Shown: positions 50,866-64,000 of the stretch, in pieces
Layout: every line of letters starts with the position of its first letter
Numbering within the stretch: position 1 is the first letter of the stretch
Source: Dipteris shenzhenensis
Lineage: Eukaryota
Length of the DNA stretch: 64,000 nucleotides
Strand: one strand, 5' to 3'
Assembly: GCA_047967505.1 (NCBI GenBank)
Contig: CM106538.1
The notes under the pieces: generated by a model
What the model saw: the letters and a program-made list of their open reading frames with translations, nothing else
The model's database searches: none
What the model was told of the DNA's origin: nothing
Translations under genes and position numbers: made by a program

Positions 50866-51320
50866 GCATGGATATGGGGTGAAAGATAGAAAAGAGAAGC
50901 CGTAGGAGCTTGCAGGAGCATGGATATGGGGTGAAAGATAGAAAAGAGAAGCCGTAGGAGCTTTGCAAAATGATGTGCATGAGACATTAGCTTCTAATCA
51001 AGAAATGTGAAGATGAAATTACATCCATGCTTAGTAAAAATTAATGTGAGGTTATGCTTGTAGATTGAGCATGCATGAGGTCTTAGCATGTTAATAATGA
51101 GGACATATATGCAATGGTTGAGTTAAAACAAAAGCAAAGGTATGATGCAACATCCTAGAATCAAGGACATGTTTGTGGTTACTAAATCTTCATGTGGTAC
51201 AAAGGGTATTGGCATGGTTCTTAGCATGTTTATGGGGAATTTGAATGAGGACATATATGTAATTGTTGATTTAAAAAGAACGCAAGGTATGATGCAACAT
51301 CCTAGAATTAAGGACGCACT
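50866..51320. repeat. 51-bp tandem duplication (50866-50963) and ~150-bp diverged duplication (~51080-51320)
   Basis: AGCATGGATATGGGGTGAAAGATAGAAAAGAGAAGCCGTAGGAGCTT twice; AAGGTATGATGCAACATCCTAGAAT.AAGGAC twice. Confidence 0.8.
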
Positions 51321-51699
51321 TGTGTTAGTGAATCTCCATTGGGTACAAAGCAAGTGGGCAAGGGCATGAGAGTGATATAGGTTGGAATAATCAACCAACA
51401 CACTTACTTGAGCCCTTAATTGATGTGATTTATGCACCGAGGTTGCAAAATAATAAACTTGTTATCATTAAATTATGTATACAAAACTATAAAGTGGAAT
51501 TTCATGAAGGTAGGTCTTTATAAGCATCATTCTATGCCTATAGATGATGATTGAGTTTTGGACACTCACTTACAAAGCCTTGTAGCTTATAAAAATATCG
51601 TAAACCTCCAAAAGGCCTAGATACTATACCAAAAAATATGCATATCTAACAATCAATGTTTTTCTAAAATGCCCAAGGTGGCCTTTAAGGAATACCCAA

Positions 51700-54600
51700 G
51701 AAGATATTGAATATACTCTTGCTTGTCTTGAAATCTTTTAACTAACTTCAAGATACTTGATCAACCACTCCAAAATGCAATATTGCACATTCTTGGCAGA
51801 TGCTCTACTTAGTCTCTTAACTAAGGATGTTTGCGATTACCAAAGGACAATTCTTCAAACTTCTTCGCATTCCCATGGGATTTGAGCTCTAAATGAAAGA
51901 CAGATGGGCGTGGCTTTAGGAAATGATTCCTACAGTTGGTTTAGACAGCTTTATGGAGGATTAGCCATAGGAGAGTGGACATTTTTTCTAGTATCCTTAT
52001 GTCCTAGATCAATGAGAACCTGACATCCCATTTCCTTTCAATATCTGAGGGTTTCCACCTAGAATTGAGGATGGAAACCACCTCTTCTAGGCCCTCAGAA
52101 GGAGTGGGTATGGGTAAAAAAGATGAACTGCTAACCCAACTAAATTCTCTGGTAAAGTTTAAAATACTACCCCCTTTCCAAGTAATGTCACCCTCCCACA
52201 GTTGTATTCTACTCATGACCATCTCTTGATCTGCATTATTAAGCCCGAATTCCCTTCTAATATCCAACCATGTCTTCCATTTAAAGTTGGCCTTCCCCAC
52301 AAAACTCCCCAAGTAGTTAACACCGTAAGTTGATGTATGCCTCCAATGTGCTCTCATCTATGAATGCCAACTCCATAGCTCCTAGATTCTCCCTTGATGT
52401 TGCTAAGCAAGAGGGGGAAAGGGGTCTCCGTTTGCCTCCTTGCTCGCTCGGCCTTTCTTTGATAATTGCAAGGCTTTTAGGAACTTATCATCACTTAGCC
52501 GTTGTTTAGTAAAGAAAACAGATGCCCAAATTGAGTCTAAAGCCATGAAAATCCCTTTACCAGAGAGGACTATGTGGCTCTTGATCTATTCAAAAGCCCC
52601 CCATAAAGTTTTCCACAGTTGGCTTCCCTTAGTCATATAGGGCTCAGGGTTGCAAATAGCAGAGAGGAGAGAAAAATATTTCCACCTAGGGGCCTTGTAA
52701 GGTTTGACAAATTTAAAATTTCTAAGCAAAAGGTTAGCCCAGTCACTGTTAGGAGAGGTAATAGCTTTTATAATCCAAGTGGCAGCAAGTTTGTAAGCAA
52801 CCAATTGGATATTGACTACTCCCAATCCTCCTTCCTTTCTAGGTCTGATGTAGAAGGCCCATTTAACTTTTGAAATTCTCCTTTTTGTATCACTTTCCCC
52901 CCATGGGAAAGATCTGCAGATTCTGATGAATTTTCTAAACCTGTTTTAGACAAGCACCAACAAGAGAGATACAAAATGGCAATTGGGTAAATGCAATGTT
53001 TAAGACAACTCTTCTCCTTGCAAGATTGGCCTGTAACCCTCTGAGTCTGTCTATTTTCTTCCTGAATCTGTCTAAGAACCACTTCCATTTGTCCATTTTA
53101 ACTTTAAATCCCATAGGAATACCCAACCACCTGAAAATTTGTCCATGTGGTATTTTTGTGCATCCCATCTGGTCCAGAAGCATTTGAGAGCCACCTGAGA
53201 GCAAAGCATAACCTGTTTTAGTGTAATTTATCTTAGACCCTAATGCCACACAAAATATATCAATACATTCCATTGCCCCTTGAATGTCTACATTTGTGTT
53301 TCTGATAGTTAGTGGCGTCATTTGCAAATTCTTGATTAACTAAATGTTTCCCTGAGGGTAGCTCAATTCCTCTAATTGCCCTCATGGACATTTGGTCTTT
53401 TATTAACCACCCCAAAGCATCAGTTGCTATGGCAAATAATAAAGGGGCCAAAGGGCACCCTTGTCTTATTGATCTCTTCAAGAAGAAACTTCGAGTCATT
53501 TCTCCATTTACACAGATCTTTGCTGATGCATTGGAAAGCAGTAAAGCAACAAATGATGTGAACTTTGTCCCTAGTGCCAAATTCTTGAGGGATTACAAAA
53601 GAAAATCCTAGTTAAGTCTGTCATTAGCTTTTCTTTATAAAGCATACATCTTGTTTAGTTTCCTCAGCATGAGCGCATCCTTCCCATAGGTTTATGATTG
53701 CCTCCAAAAGGTGTCTGCCTTTGATAAATCCATTCGGTTCCTAAAGGATCCAATTATCCATCTTGTTTCTCATCCTCAATGCAAGGGCTTTGGCAAAGGT
53801 CTTGCAAGAGCAGTTTAACATAGTTAGAGGTCTCTAGTTTTTAAAGATTGTCTTGTCCCCATTTTTTGGAATGAGTTTAATAACTCCTCCATTTAGGTGA
53901 TTGAGTAAGAATCCTTGTTCAGCACTCTCTCTCCACACTGCATTGAAGAAGGGCCAATTGTGTCCTAGAAAAACTTGTGAAATTCTAATGGAAGACCATC
54001 CTCCCCTGGAGTTTTACCATCAGCCATAGAGAAAGCAGCCTCTTTAAGTTCTTGCAAAGAGAGATCATTTTCTAGCTGCATTCTATCCAAGCTAGAAACT
54101 TTACACTATCTGACTAGTTGGCATCTATTCCTAGCCCATTCCTAGCCTCTAAAACCTATTCATCATTTGGGTCAACTGTGCTGAGTAAAGCTTTGAAATG
54201 AGTACAAATGATCTCCATATTTTCTTCCTCTGTTTTGATAATAGAAGCATCCTCCTTCTGCAAAAGAGGAATTTCCTCCTGGTTTCTCTTTTTTTAATTC
54301 TCATAAAGTTTTCTTTGGTTGGTTTGTCAAACTTTTCCTGCCCACCAATCTCTGAAATAGATTTTAGCATTTTGGATCTTGATTTGTTCCTGGATTTTGA
54401 TTTCCTTTCTTTTTTCTGACAATTGTTGCTGGGTAATACTGTCCTTCAGTCTTGCCCTCTGTTCAAGTTGTTCCAGCTCATCCTTCACTTATCCATCCTC
54501 CTAGCCCTAATAGTAACTTTGTTTTTTCTAGCTTCTTTTAAAATTGCTTGCACACTTGAAACAACATTTTGGCATCCCTAAGAACAAGAGTCTGTAGATA

Positions 54601-55700
54601 AAAAGCCATATTCCATCTCTGAATGACCTGTTTCTACACAGACTCAAGTTTGTATAAGGAGGGGTCAGCTTTAAACCATGAATTGCCTTTTCTACCGTTT
54701 CCCAAGTCTATCCAGGCTAATACATGCTTATGGTCTGAAAGATTGAGAGAGGAAAAAGTTCTTTGCTTGATTCCCAAGGCTTGATCTAGAAGAGATTGAG
54801 CAATATAAACTCTGTCGAGTCCTGCCTCTCTTCTTAGCTCAGCTATCTGTCTATTGCACCAACAAGTATATATGCTAGCTGAACCTATGTCCACAACTTG
54901 AAGGTTTTCCTTGAGGTCTTCCCAGAGTTGAAGCTTAGGGCCTCTAAGCACATACCCTTTTTGTAACCACCTATCTCTTGGGCTCTCAATCATATTGAAG
55001 TCCCCTAGTATCACACAATCACTGCCCTGCTCATCATTGCATCCCAAGTGGCTCTTCTATCCATTGTTTTCCTGTTTTTGAACCAAAGGGAGTTCCTCCT
55101 CTGAGTCTCCTAACTCAGAGTCACTCATGCTAGCATCCTACAGATTGACATCATCTTCAAATTCCTTGGACCATCTATGCTTAACCTCATCCTCTTCCAT
55201 TTTGGCATCCTGTATCCATTGCTCAATTTCTTGATCTATCAGTGCTTCATAGGCATTGTTGGTAGTAGCCAGAGGAAAAGTGACTCTGTCCTCCCCTAAG
55301 TGCACCTTAGTGTTTTTCACCTTTTCTGCCACATTGTCTGAGGCATTACTAATTTCTTTTTCTGCACTCTTATCTTGTGTTTGAATTTTCTACTTGTCTT
55401 TTACAGTCCACTTGGATTTGGGAGCTTGATTAGCATGTTGCTGGGGTAGTTCCTAAGGTGGCTAAGGCTTTGTTCCTTTTCAACGGATAGCTTTTTACTG
55501 TATGGGTAGACAACCCACATAGAAAACAAGAGCTAGGTAGGTTCTTGTAAACCAATGGATGTTCCATGAAAATACTCCCATTCCTATTGACAATTACCAG
55601 GGTGTCAGGAAGATCCTCAGCAACATCCAACTTTATCAATGCATGGGAAGAAAGCCACTCTATATACTGCTCTAGTCTATCCTCATCCAAAAAAGTAGTA
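51700..55700 (-). mobile_element. Degenerate L1 LINE (ORF1 3' part, endonuclease, RT, C-terminal region)
   Basis: YKNLPSSCFLCGLSTHTVKSYP (ORF1); CVILGDFNMIE...LDRVY...SDH (endonuclease); IRQGCPLAPLLFAIA and NQEFAND (RT); FRWLGIPMG. Internal deletions; boundaries approximate. Confidence 0.85.
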
Positions 55701-56474
55701 ACTTTACCTTTTGTAAATGACTTCTCCTCATCCCCAGACTGAGGATCCTCTTGCTGATGTGATTGTGTCTTTGCTAATTCATTGTCTTGAGCTTGGAGTC
55801 TGGTGCTTGTTGGCTTGGACCCTTCATCGGCTCAATCATTGGTAATTCCTACGTTGGAGGCTATTTTGATCTTTGGGTAGACGTGTGCTCTATGCCCAAA
55901 TGTTGAGATTGCATTGGCACTCTTGGCTAGCCCTGTATCTCCCCCCTCCTCGTGGACCTTGGCTCGATGAAACTTGTCTTCCATGGGACCTCTCAAAACT
56001 TTCCTGCTGTACCACGGGGATAGGCTAGTTCAAACGTGTCTGGACAGGTGCTATGAGTATGCTTGTCTAGGTTTTTGTTCTTAGGTTGTTTACATAGTGA
56101 GAGGTGCCCGTCGCTGGTGTTGAACAATAAGAGGTGTGTTTTTTAACTACGGACGGGCATCTTGTTACACATGACCAAACTTTCTAGATGGGCACCCTTC
56201 AAAATGATGGTAAAGGGGGTAACCATGGGTGGGCACTCGATTTTTTAAAACCCACAATGGGGAGCTAGTGTGTAACCATTCTAGATTGCCTAGGACTCTT
56301 TTTGGGTGCCCATATGTTGGGTTGTACTTGGGCACCCTTTGCCAGTGTACAAAGAGCCTTACGGTGGGTTCACACCACCCACTTGGCAATGAAATAGAGC
56401 GAGGTCCCCCCCGCCAGGTGTGGTGGTTCAAACAACCCGCTATCAAGATTATGGAGGTGGCCAGATATTAATCA

Positions 56475-56546
56475 TACCTTCATTGGTCTAGTGGATAGAG
56501 GGAAAAGTCTATGTCCGGTGGCGCGGGTTCAAACCACTTAGGGTGG
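56475..56546 (+). other. tRNA-derived remnant / SINE-head-like sequence with Pol III A and B boxes
   Basis: A box TGGTCTAGTGG (56484-56494) and B box GGTTCAAACC (56526-56535) at tRNA-like spacing. Partial acceptor-stem pairing TACCTT/AGGGTG; the other arms are poor. Confidence 0.4.
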
Positions 56547-57606
56547 CATGTGGGCAAATTTTTTCAGCCACCCACCTCCTTCATATGGCAGACGCGATTT
56601 CAGAGGATGGGCCAAGTTGGCCAAGTACACATCAATGCACCTTCCAACCACTTTTGGAGGTTGGTTGGGCGGGTGGTGTAAAACTTTGGCCTTACACACC
56701 TAAGCGGATGGATGCACCTGCAAGTCTCCCACCTAGCCCACTTGCTCGAAGCTTGACTAGCCCGCTAGTATTTTTTGTGTGCATGCAGTGGGGGCGGCCC
56801 TTGACCGTCGGGCGAGTCATGTATTTTACATGTATCAAATAGGGTCTTTACTGGCAACCCAAAGGGTGTCGATTGTTGGGGCAATTAAAAAAGGGGTGGG
56901 AAAGTTGTCATGGGCAGAGACACGGGCTGAACATGGCATCAAAAGTTTGATAAGCAAATTGATTGGATTCGTTAAGCTAGAAGAATATCCACCAATGAGC
57001 CAAGCAGGACACAAGGAGAGGGGGGAGGTGTGCAAAGCCCCGAGCGTCCGCCGCCGCCATTGGTTTTCTGTTGTCCCAATTGGTGTGTATGGCGGGCAGA
57101 GCCGCAATGTGTAAAGATCCGTACACATCGGATGATGGTGTATGTTGCATGCAAGCAACAGACACCGGACGCTGCCACGTGAGCAGGGAGGATAAGTGTT
57201 ATTAGAATATGTTGGGTTCGGAGAAACTTGGAGTTCAAACAATGCCGAGTTTTGAAGGAAAGATGAAGATGGGGGAGATCGCTATGGTGGCTATGGCGAT
57301 GGTGGCTGAGCGATTGCTCCTCCTTCTTCTGCACACAAACCTCGCAAAATCCCACCTATGGCTTCCTTCCTCACCTCCATAGCCCATCTCCCCTCTTCCC
57401 CAGCTTCGTTTTCATCTATTACACCCCCCCCCTTCGTACCTTCCCTCCCGCCATAGCCACGCTCGCCTCCCCCCCCTCTCCATTTCCTCCTCCTTTCCTC
57501 TTCCCCCGCTCCTTTTTCACTCCTCCCTCTTCCTTCCCCTTCGCCATCGCTTCCCTCGCCTCTTCCCACCCTTCATTTTGATGTATCCCTTGCCCTAACC
57601 TCCCCC

Positions 57607-58589
57607 ATGGCGTTCTCCCAGGACCTTGATCACCACCCCGATGGCGCTCCGCTTAGCCCCAAGGACGGCCATCTGCGCCTCCGAGCTGACGGCGGGAACT
57701 TCTCTAGCTCTCCATTGGCTCGTCACTCCGATTCTGCTGCAATCGATGCTAAACAGGGCTTTCAGCAAGCCTCAGATGGCGTCGACAAGCGTACTACCGG
57801 CTTTGATGCTGCTCCTTCCGCAGCTCTGCCCGGCTCCGGCAAGAATTCCGAGTCTCCCAAGCATCGTGAAGCTCTCAACAGAGAGATGTATCGAATTCCG
57901 AGCTGCGCAGGTAGGTTTGTTTCAGCGGCCGGGAAAACTCGCTGCACGCAGGGACTTGAAGCTGAATTTTGTTTGCAAATGATGTTGTGCCGTCCTTGAA
58001 GACCGTCTCTTTTTGTGTAGCCTGGTTTTCTTGGAGCAAAATCCACGCAATCGAGCGGCGTGCCTTGGGTGAATTTTTTGATGGCCGTTCGCTCTCAAAA
58101 ACCCCCAAGGTATACAAAGAGTATCGCGATTTCCTAATTAACAAATTTAGAGAGAATCCTCGAAGGGCTCTCACTTTCACGGAAGTCAGAAAAATGCTGG
58201 TAGGGGATGTGAATATCATCCGGAAAGTGTTCGATTTTTTGGAGTACTGGGGCTTAATTAATCACCATGCTGCAACCGAAAGCAAGCAGCGGGCAATAAC
58301 AACAGAGAGCTCTCCTGCCACAATCACAGAGACGGTCCCGCGAGGTGTACGGGTAGTGTATCCGGGCTCTACACTGGGTGCCTCAAGGGTGATTACGCCG
58401 GCTGTATCGGTTGATAAACCCATTGCTCCTTTTCATTCTGTAAATTTGGCCACGTACAAAGATGCGTTTGCCACTCCTGCTGTGGATGCGTCAACTGAGC
58501 CTGCGACTGAACCCGAGAAGTTGGAAAACCGTTGTTGTAGCAGATGTGGCGCGGACTGTTCAGAAAGGCGATTTCAAAACTCGAGACAG
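57607..58589 (+). CDS. SWI3A: SWI/SNF complex subunit SWI3 (SWI3A-like; SWIRM domain, start of ZZ zinc finger), exons 1-2; gene continues past the window
   Basis: Exons 57607-57910 and 58021-58589 (GT-AG, phase 1) join to YRIPSCAAWFSWSKIHAIERRALGEFF...KTPKVYKEYRDFLINKFRE...LTFTEVRKMLVGDV...VFDFLEYWGLINH, then CSRCGADC. The A versus B paralog call rests on motif recall. Confidence 0.88.
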
Positions 58590-59559
58590 GTCAGTCACTT
58601 TCAGAACGTATTTTACTTCTTCGCTTCATTATGAATAGATCTGGAGATCTGGACGTCCTGGAATGAATGTACGCGTGGAACATATTAAAGAGGAAGCATC
58701 TTATCATCTTGCTAATATGGTGCCTGAATTTGTGTCCTTGATACTGATAGACTGATAATTTGAGCATTATGGTAGTAAAAACAGATGGGCATGCTCTAAT
58801 CAGTACCCATGGACCTTAATACTTATTAGACTGATACCATGGGCGTGTAGTACATGTGATATTAAGTAGAGCAGGTGCTCATTCACACCAATGGCCAAGC
58901 CAGCCTACTTCTATGGTGTTAGAGAACCATTCATCCGTATCTGTTAGGTTTAAATCCCAAACCCTAAAAATCATAACAGTTCTAAAGCGAGTGAAATCAT
59001 CTGCATTCCCAAAAGTGTAAAAGGCTAGAATAATGTAAAACATGAGGTTTCAAGCTTTTAAAATCAGCTAAACATGCATATGAAAAGAAAGCCCTCTAAA
59101 AGCGTCTATATAGAGGGATATCCTTACTGCAAATAATGAGGGAAACACTTTGAATGCAGGGCTATCCTGTATGTGATACACAACATGTCATTATCCACTA
59201 TTTTTAGCCCATTAGTAGATTTATTTGAGCCTTTAACATCTGTGATTCTGTGATGGGGTGCATTTACACCCTACAAATGCACAAAGGATAATTTGGCTGA
59301 CGAGATGTGCTGTTGTCTCAACCTTTATGGAAAAGTTAGCCTGAATAACATATCCAACCAAGACACATTTTGTAGGGCACCTTGCCGGTTTACTGAAATG
59401 GAAAGCATTGATACAGCCCCTTCATGGACTGCCAAAAATGATGATTTTCAAAAAATCTTGTCCTACTGTACCCAGAGAGACTCCATGATGTCACTCACGA
59501 GGCCAGTAAAGAATCTCACAAGGCCAGTAAGAATCTTGTTTGAAAATCAGAAGTAGAAA

Positions 59560-60870
59560 TGCAAAATCAGCAATGATGATGAAATCTGCAATGTCAGGTA
59601 TGAAAACTTGACGACTGTTGGCAAGAGGGAAGTTATTGCAACATGTTTCTCCTATTATTACTCCTGACCAGGCTCTGCAGCTTGAGACACCCTTCAAAGA
59701 AAGGGAGCTCCTTGATGCTTTAAAGTCATGTGGCAAATGAAAGTCCCCCGGTTGCGATGGTCTTATAGTGGAGTTTTTTCTGGCTTACTGGGATGCCTTT
59801 AAACATGTCTTATTGCACATGATTAATAGTGCTTGGCAAAATCAGCAAATGCGAGATGCTTGGAAGAAAGGCCGGGTTAAGTTAATTCCCAAAAAGTGTC
59901 ATTGTGAATCTTTTTGCTGATTGGCGGCCTATTACACTCATGCCAGTTATCTATAAGGTGGTTGCCAAAATGGTGGTTGATAGAATAAAAGGTTTTCTGC
60001 ATGATGCTCTACATCCTACCCAATATGGCTTCATCCCCCACGCAGACACATCACTGATAATATTGCAAATGCCTATGTTCGGATAGAATATGCAAAGTAT
60101 ACTCAGCAGGATGTAGACATCCCCAAAGTATACTCAGCAGGATGTAGACATCCCCAAAGCTTTTGATACTGTACAATGGGAATTTATCTCGCAGACCATG
60201 CAATCCTTGGGATTTGGGTATAAAATGCATCATGTTATCTCTTGGCTATACAGTGATAGTAAGTAGCATGCATTTTATCTGGAGATATTTCTGATTAGTG
60301 GACTTTATATTGTTCATTGAGACAGGGATGCCCTCTTAGGGCTTTGCTTTATGCAATTCCTTCTCATTTGATTTTGCTATATCGATCACCTTGTGGCCAT
60401 TGATGTCTTGCATGGTCTGGAGATACACAGAAGAAAGCCCATGATTGCACAAGCTTATGCTGATGATTCATTCTTCACTCCAATGAAGATACAAACTGAT
60501 CTTTCGCAACTCATGAGTGCTTTATCCTTGTATGGAATAGTTGTTGGCTTGCAGGTACACTTTCATAATGCTAAGCTTCTGCCTTTGGCCAAGGAAAATT
60601 GTTTTGCCCTATCGGCTTGTTCGTCATCTTGGCTATCCTTTGGGATGGAACATCACATGATGTCAGCAAACAGATTGGGTACTTGCAAAGCTCAGGTAGA
60701 AACTAGAATATTGAAAGATAGCCACTTGGCCTCCTCATGTTTCAACTCCAAATTGTACAATCAATTTTGGTGGCCTATATTCAGTTCTTCTTGCCTATAT
60801 TCAATTCTTCTTGCCTTTGATGATGTTTGACAAGAATGACATGCACACTCTTATGGAGACTTTCTGGTGC
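59560..60870 (+). mobile_element. Degenerate L1 LINE RT fragment in the SWI3 intron
   Basis: KSPGCDGLIVEFF, WRPITLMPVIYKVVAK, RQGCPL and QAYADDS. 31-bp tandem duplication at ~60093-60158. Confidence 0.85.
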
Positions 60871-60933
60871 TCAAGGCAGCTCACCTAGAACTTGTGTATG
60901 GAGATAGCCTGTAGTAAGTTCATGGTTTCTAGA

Positions 60934-62300
60934 TGTATGTAGTGGATCATGCAGGTTGCATAACGGGTTGAAATAGACCCAAGGGCCTCAATGTTTTTTA
61001 GGGTCTAGATGGTTCCCAAATTCGAGGGGGACAATTGGAAGTACCCAAAGAGAGTACCTAAGTTGTATAGTGAGCTAGGCATGTTCATGACGACATATGA
61101 CCGCCCCATTGGAGGATTGTGCTATGGTTGTACTTGTGTACCGGCTTGGTTCTTGGGATGAAAGGAGCTGTACATGGAGGTAAACAGTATTTTGGGATTG
61201 GGACTTGATTTCAAGACATTTCTAAAAGTGTTCCTGAGAGCTTCTGATAGGGAGCAAAGGGGTATATATGGCTTTGGGTCATTGAGGGCCCACAGTGTGA
61301 CAATGATAGGGGGTGTTGGAAATTAGGGTCCGTTCTCCCAGCTATAAGGCCCCATGAGGAGAGCATACGGACATGGTACCAAGATCGGTTTGGGGGCTTG
61401 AGAGTCTATTGTGTGAGCATCAGGTATGTAGGCCACATTGGTAGATCTAGGTGGAGAGAATCTTCCATACGACGGCCACGTGGGCAGCACTGTAGCTGCC
61501 CACAGAGCAGACAGTGCAGCAACAGTACGGAGCATTGCATGGCTTCTTGGAGCATCCCTAAGGTGTGTGGATCAGTCATGTGGTGGCTATGCAGGACTGC
61601 GCAGGAGATGGTGGTAGGCTGCTGCAGAAGAGGCTGGCAGAGGCAGCACACGTAGGAGTCACAGCAGTAGTACAGGCTGCTGCAAAGCCCTGGATAGGCT
61701 TTGAGAAAGGCAGCAGGTTGACTGCGAGACAGCCAGCAAAGGCGCCTACAGAAGACAGCACAAAGGCTGCAGAAAAGGCCTTATATAGGCATGAACAGGT
61801 TGGCAGATCCACAGACTGGGTGGGATCAGTCTGTGGCAGATTGGTTGGCTGGTAAGTCTATTTACAGACTGGTTGGTTGGTTTACTGACCAAGTTGGGCA
61901 GTCTAGGGGTTTCCCATTCCTCTATAAAAGGCCCCATTGTGGGGCATTTGGCAGTCGAAGAGTTGAGTCTCTGAGCATTCCCCCTACACCAGTGTGCAGG
62001 GCAGTAGTCTATTGGACAGCAGAGGAGTGGAGGACTGCAGCAGCAGAGGTTCTCACACACAATTCAGACTGGAAGCAGCCCTTACCTCTTGGGTCAAATG
62101 TTGGTGCATACCGACAGCCAGTAGGAACCAGCACTTGTGCGCATAGGCACACTTTAACCATTTACTGTTTCCGCTGTGTGCATACGGACTATGTTTTTCT
62201 AACAAAGAAGCCCATGAAAACTCAACGGAGGCCTAATCCAAGAGACTTGAAGCTCATAAAAGAAGAAAAGCTAATTAAATCTAAAAACAGTACTCAGTGT
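60934..62300. mobile_element. Probable LTR-derived fragment
   Basis: Compositional shift, short internal repeats (CAGACTGG.TGG) and TATAAAAGG at ~61923. No termini or TSD identified. Confidence 0.25.
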
Positions 62301-62369
62301 TAATAAATTACTTCAATGCTACTTATTTGGTAATGAATTAACGGCTGATTCTAAATACTATTTGGAGGT

Positions 62370-63180
62370 AGATCTGTTGAAGATTGGCAGGCTGCCGTGG
62401 GCATACTGCAAGATACCTTGGCTGCCAGGTTGGGATCGACATTTCAGCAGAGCAGCAAATCGCCCCGGTGCACCGTGCTGGAAGCTCTTGCACTAGACCT
62501 CAGCCAAACTCTCTCTTGCAGGCAGAGCGTTGGTGGTCAACCAGGTCCTTGCTACGGCCTGGTACATAGCCTCTTGGTGGTGTGCTTTCATCAGGGATGC
62601 AAGAGGCACATGAGACGGCTGGTGTGGAATTTCCTCTATACAGGATCGGATGGCACGCAGAACACTAGAGCCAGAGTCGCATGGCAGGCGTTGATTCAGC
62701 CTCAAGTCACAGGGAGAACTAGGTGTCATTAATCCGGACATGTAGAGCAGAGCCCTCTTGGTCAAGTTAGTGGGACGAGGTCTCACCCCAAGCATGGAGC
62801 TCTAGAAGCCCTTTAGCGCGGGCTTCTTGGGAACACACCCTGCACCGGTGGGCAGTGGCAGTATTCACTCAGATGGATCTTTTCAAAGGTCCCCTCATAG
62901 GGAAGGGATCCTCCTTGATCAGGAGCCTCTTTAGAGTTTGGCAGCGGCTCTCCAGCGGACTTATTCGGCCAGCCCTTCATGCAATGAGGAGTTTGACCGT
63001 CAGCCACTTATCTAGCATCCAGAGGTCCGAGATGCAGAGGGACATATGTTAGGATAGAGGACGCACATCGGTTGGGTTTAGTGGGACAGTGGCCCAGCGA
63101 GGTCGTTCTTAGACTGGAGACAGCTTCCATGCGAGGAGACATAGGCACTTGTTCATTTGAGAGAGGCAGGCACCAGCATG
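62370..63180 (+). mobile_element. L1 LINE ORF2 post-RT fragment
   Basis: RYLGCQVG and RRLVWNFLYTG...RARVAWQALIQP...LGVINP resemble the conserved post-RT region of plant L1 ORF2. Confidence 0.7.
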
Positions 63181-64000
63181 ATAGAGATCGACTGTAACCG
63201 GCCTTAGAACACTAAGGGCAGTTCACAAAGAAGAAAATACAGCCAACTTAATTGATTGCCTTTGTTCACAAACCAAACTCAAAGCATAGAACTTCATTGC
63301 ACAGCATCTTGGAACCATTCAAGACAAGGGAGGCTAGAATGTCCCTACTCAAAAACATAGAGAGTGACACCTATTGGCTCCAACACTTGGCGCCCCTTGC
63401 GGTTAGCTCAAAGATACAAAGGGACTCCCTTCAAGAGCTCACCCGCAGGTGCAACCCAGTACAACACTAACCCGTGGCTGTGCTAGTGACCAACTCCCAG
63501 ACATGCATAATCACAAGTATACCAGTCTGACGGCATGCCAAGCAATGCATTACCCATTTCCAAGCCATTACCGAGCCCAAGGCTGACACGACCCTGCAGA
63601 ATCTGACCCTATCACTAACCTAGAATCTTGTCCTCGATACAACCAGAATCATAGCGTAGGTGCCTCGATCCTCCCGACCACCCCCGAGCACGTGGGCTAC
63701 AGCTTGACTCATCCATAGGCCCGTATCTAACCCAGGCGTCCCATACCACGTGAGCCCGTCCAGAGGACCTTCGATACACCACCTATGATCCGCCATGTAG
63801 ATGGCCAGAGTCCCGGCCTGGGTCTAAGCCCCATCCATCAGTTGAGGAGCGCTCACAATAGCACTGGCCCTCCCTCTATATAGAAGGAAACCCGCTATAG
63901 ATAGCACAATGCTATGAATAGCTCCCTCCATATAAAGCGAGCATTATATATGAATCAATCTCTATATATAGCAATCTCGGCTAAAAATAGCCATCCAGCC

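Noticed and set aside
56835-57355. Cys/His-rich ORFs upstream of SWI3
   Set aside because: Overlapping ORFs on both strands with no recognisable domain or splice structure.
63959-64000. A|TCTCTATATATAG as a Helitron 5' end
   Set aside because: Too close to the window edge to support; no internal or 3' evidence.

Overview
Eukaryotic, TE-dense plant genomic DNA. The long TE-filled introns, GA/CT tracts and the TE mix suggest a large-genome seed-free vascular plant such as a fern or lycophyte (inference only). Two host genes are visible: a complete six-exon plastid-type RidA (43893-48326, +) and the first two exons of a SWI3A-like SWIRM chromatin-remodelling subunit (57607-58589, +, continuing beyond the window). 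The rest is decayed, nested mobile DNA: (1) the right end of a CACTA element whose TnpD-like and TnpA-like genes point in opposite directions; (2) an intron-containing DDE transposase pseudogene (~7200-9482) whose motif order and spacing follow RAG1/Transib, the most unusual item here; (3) a full-length Athila-like Ty3/Gypsy element (13439-25471, TSD GATAG) inserted into the integrase of an older Gypsy; (4) a Helentron/Helitron2-type remnant (PIF1 helicase plus AP endonuclease) split by a full-length Copia (30902-36813, TSD TTTAT) that carries a 186-bp near-perfect palindrome; (5) several L1 LINE fragments, a MITE, tRNA-like Pol III boxes and local tandem repeats. Family calls come from manual translation and motif recall; no database searches were run.
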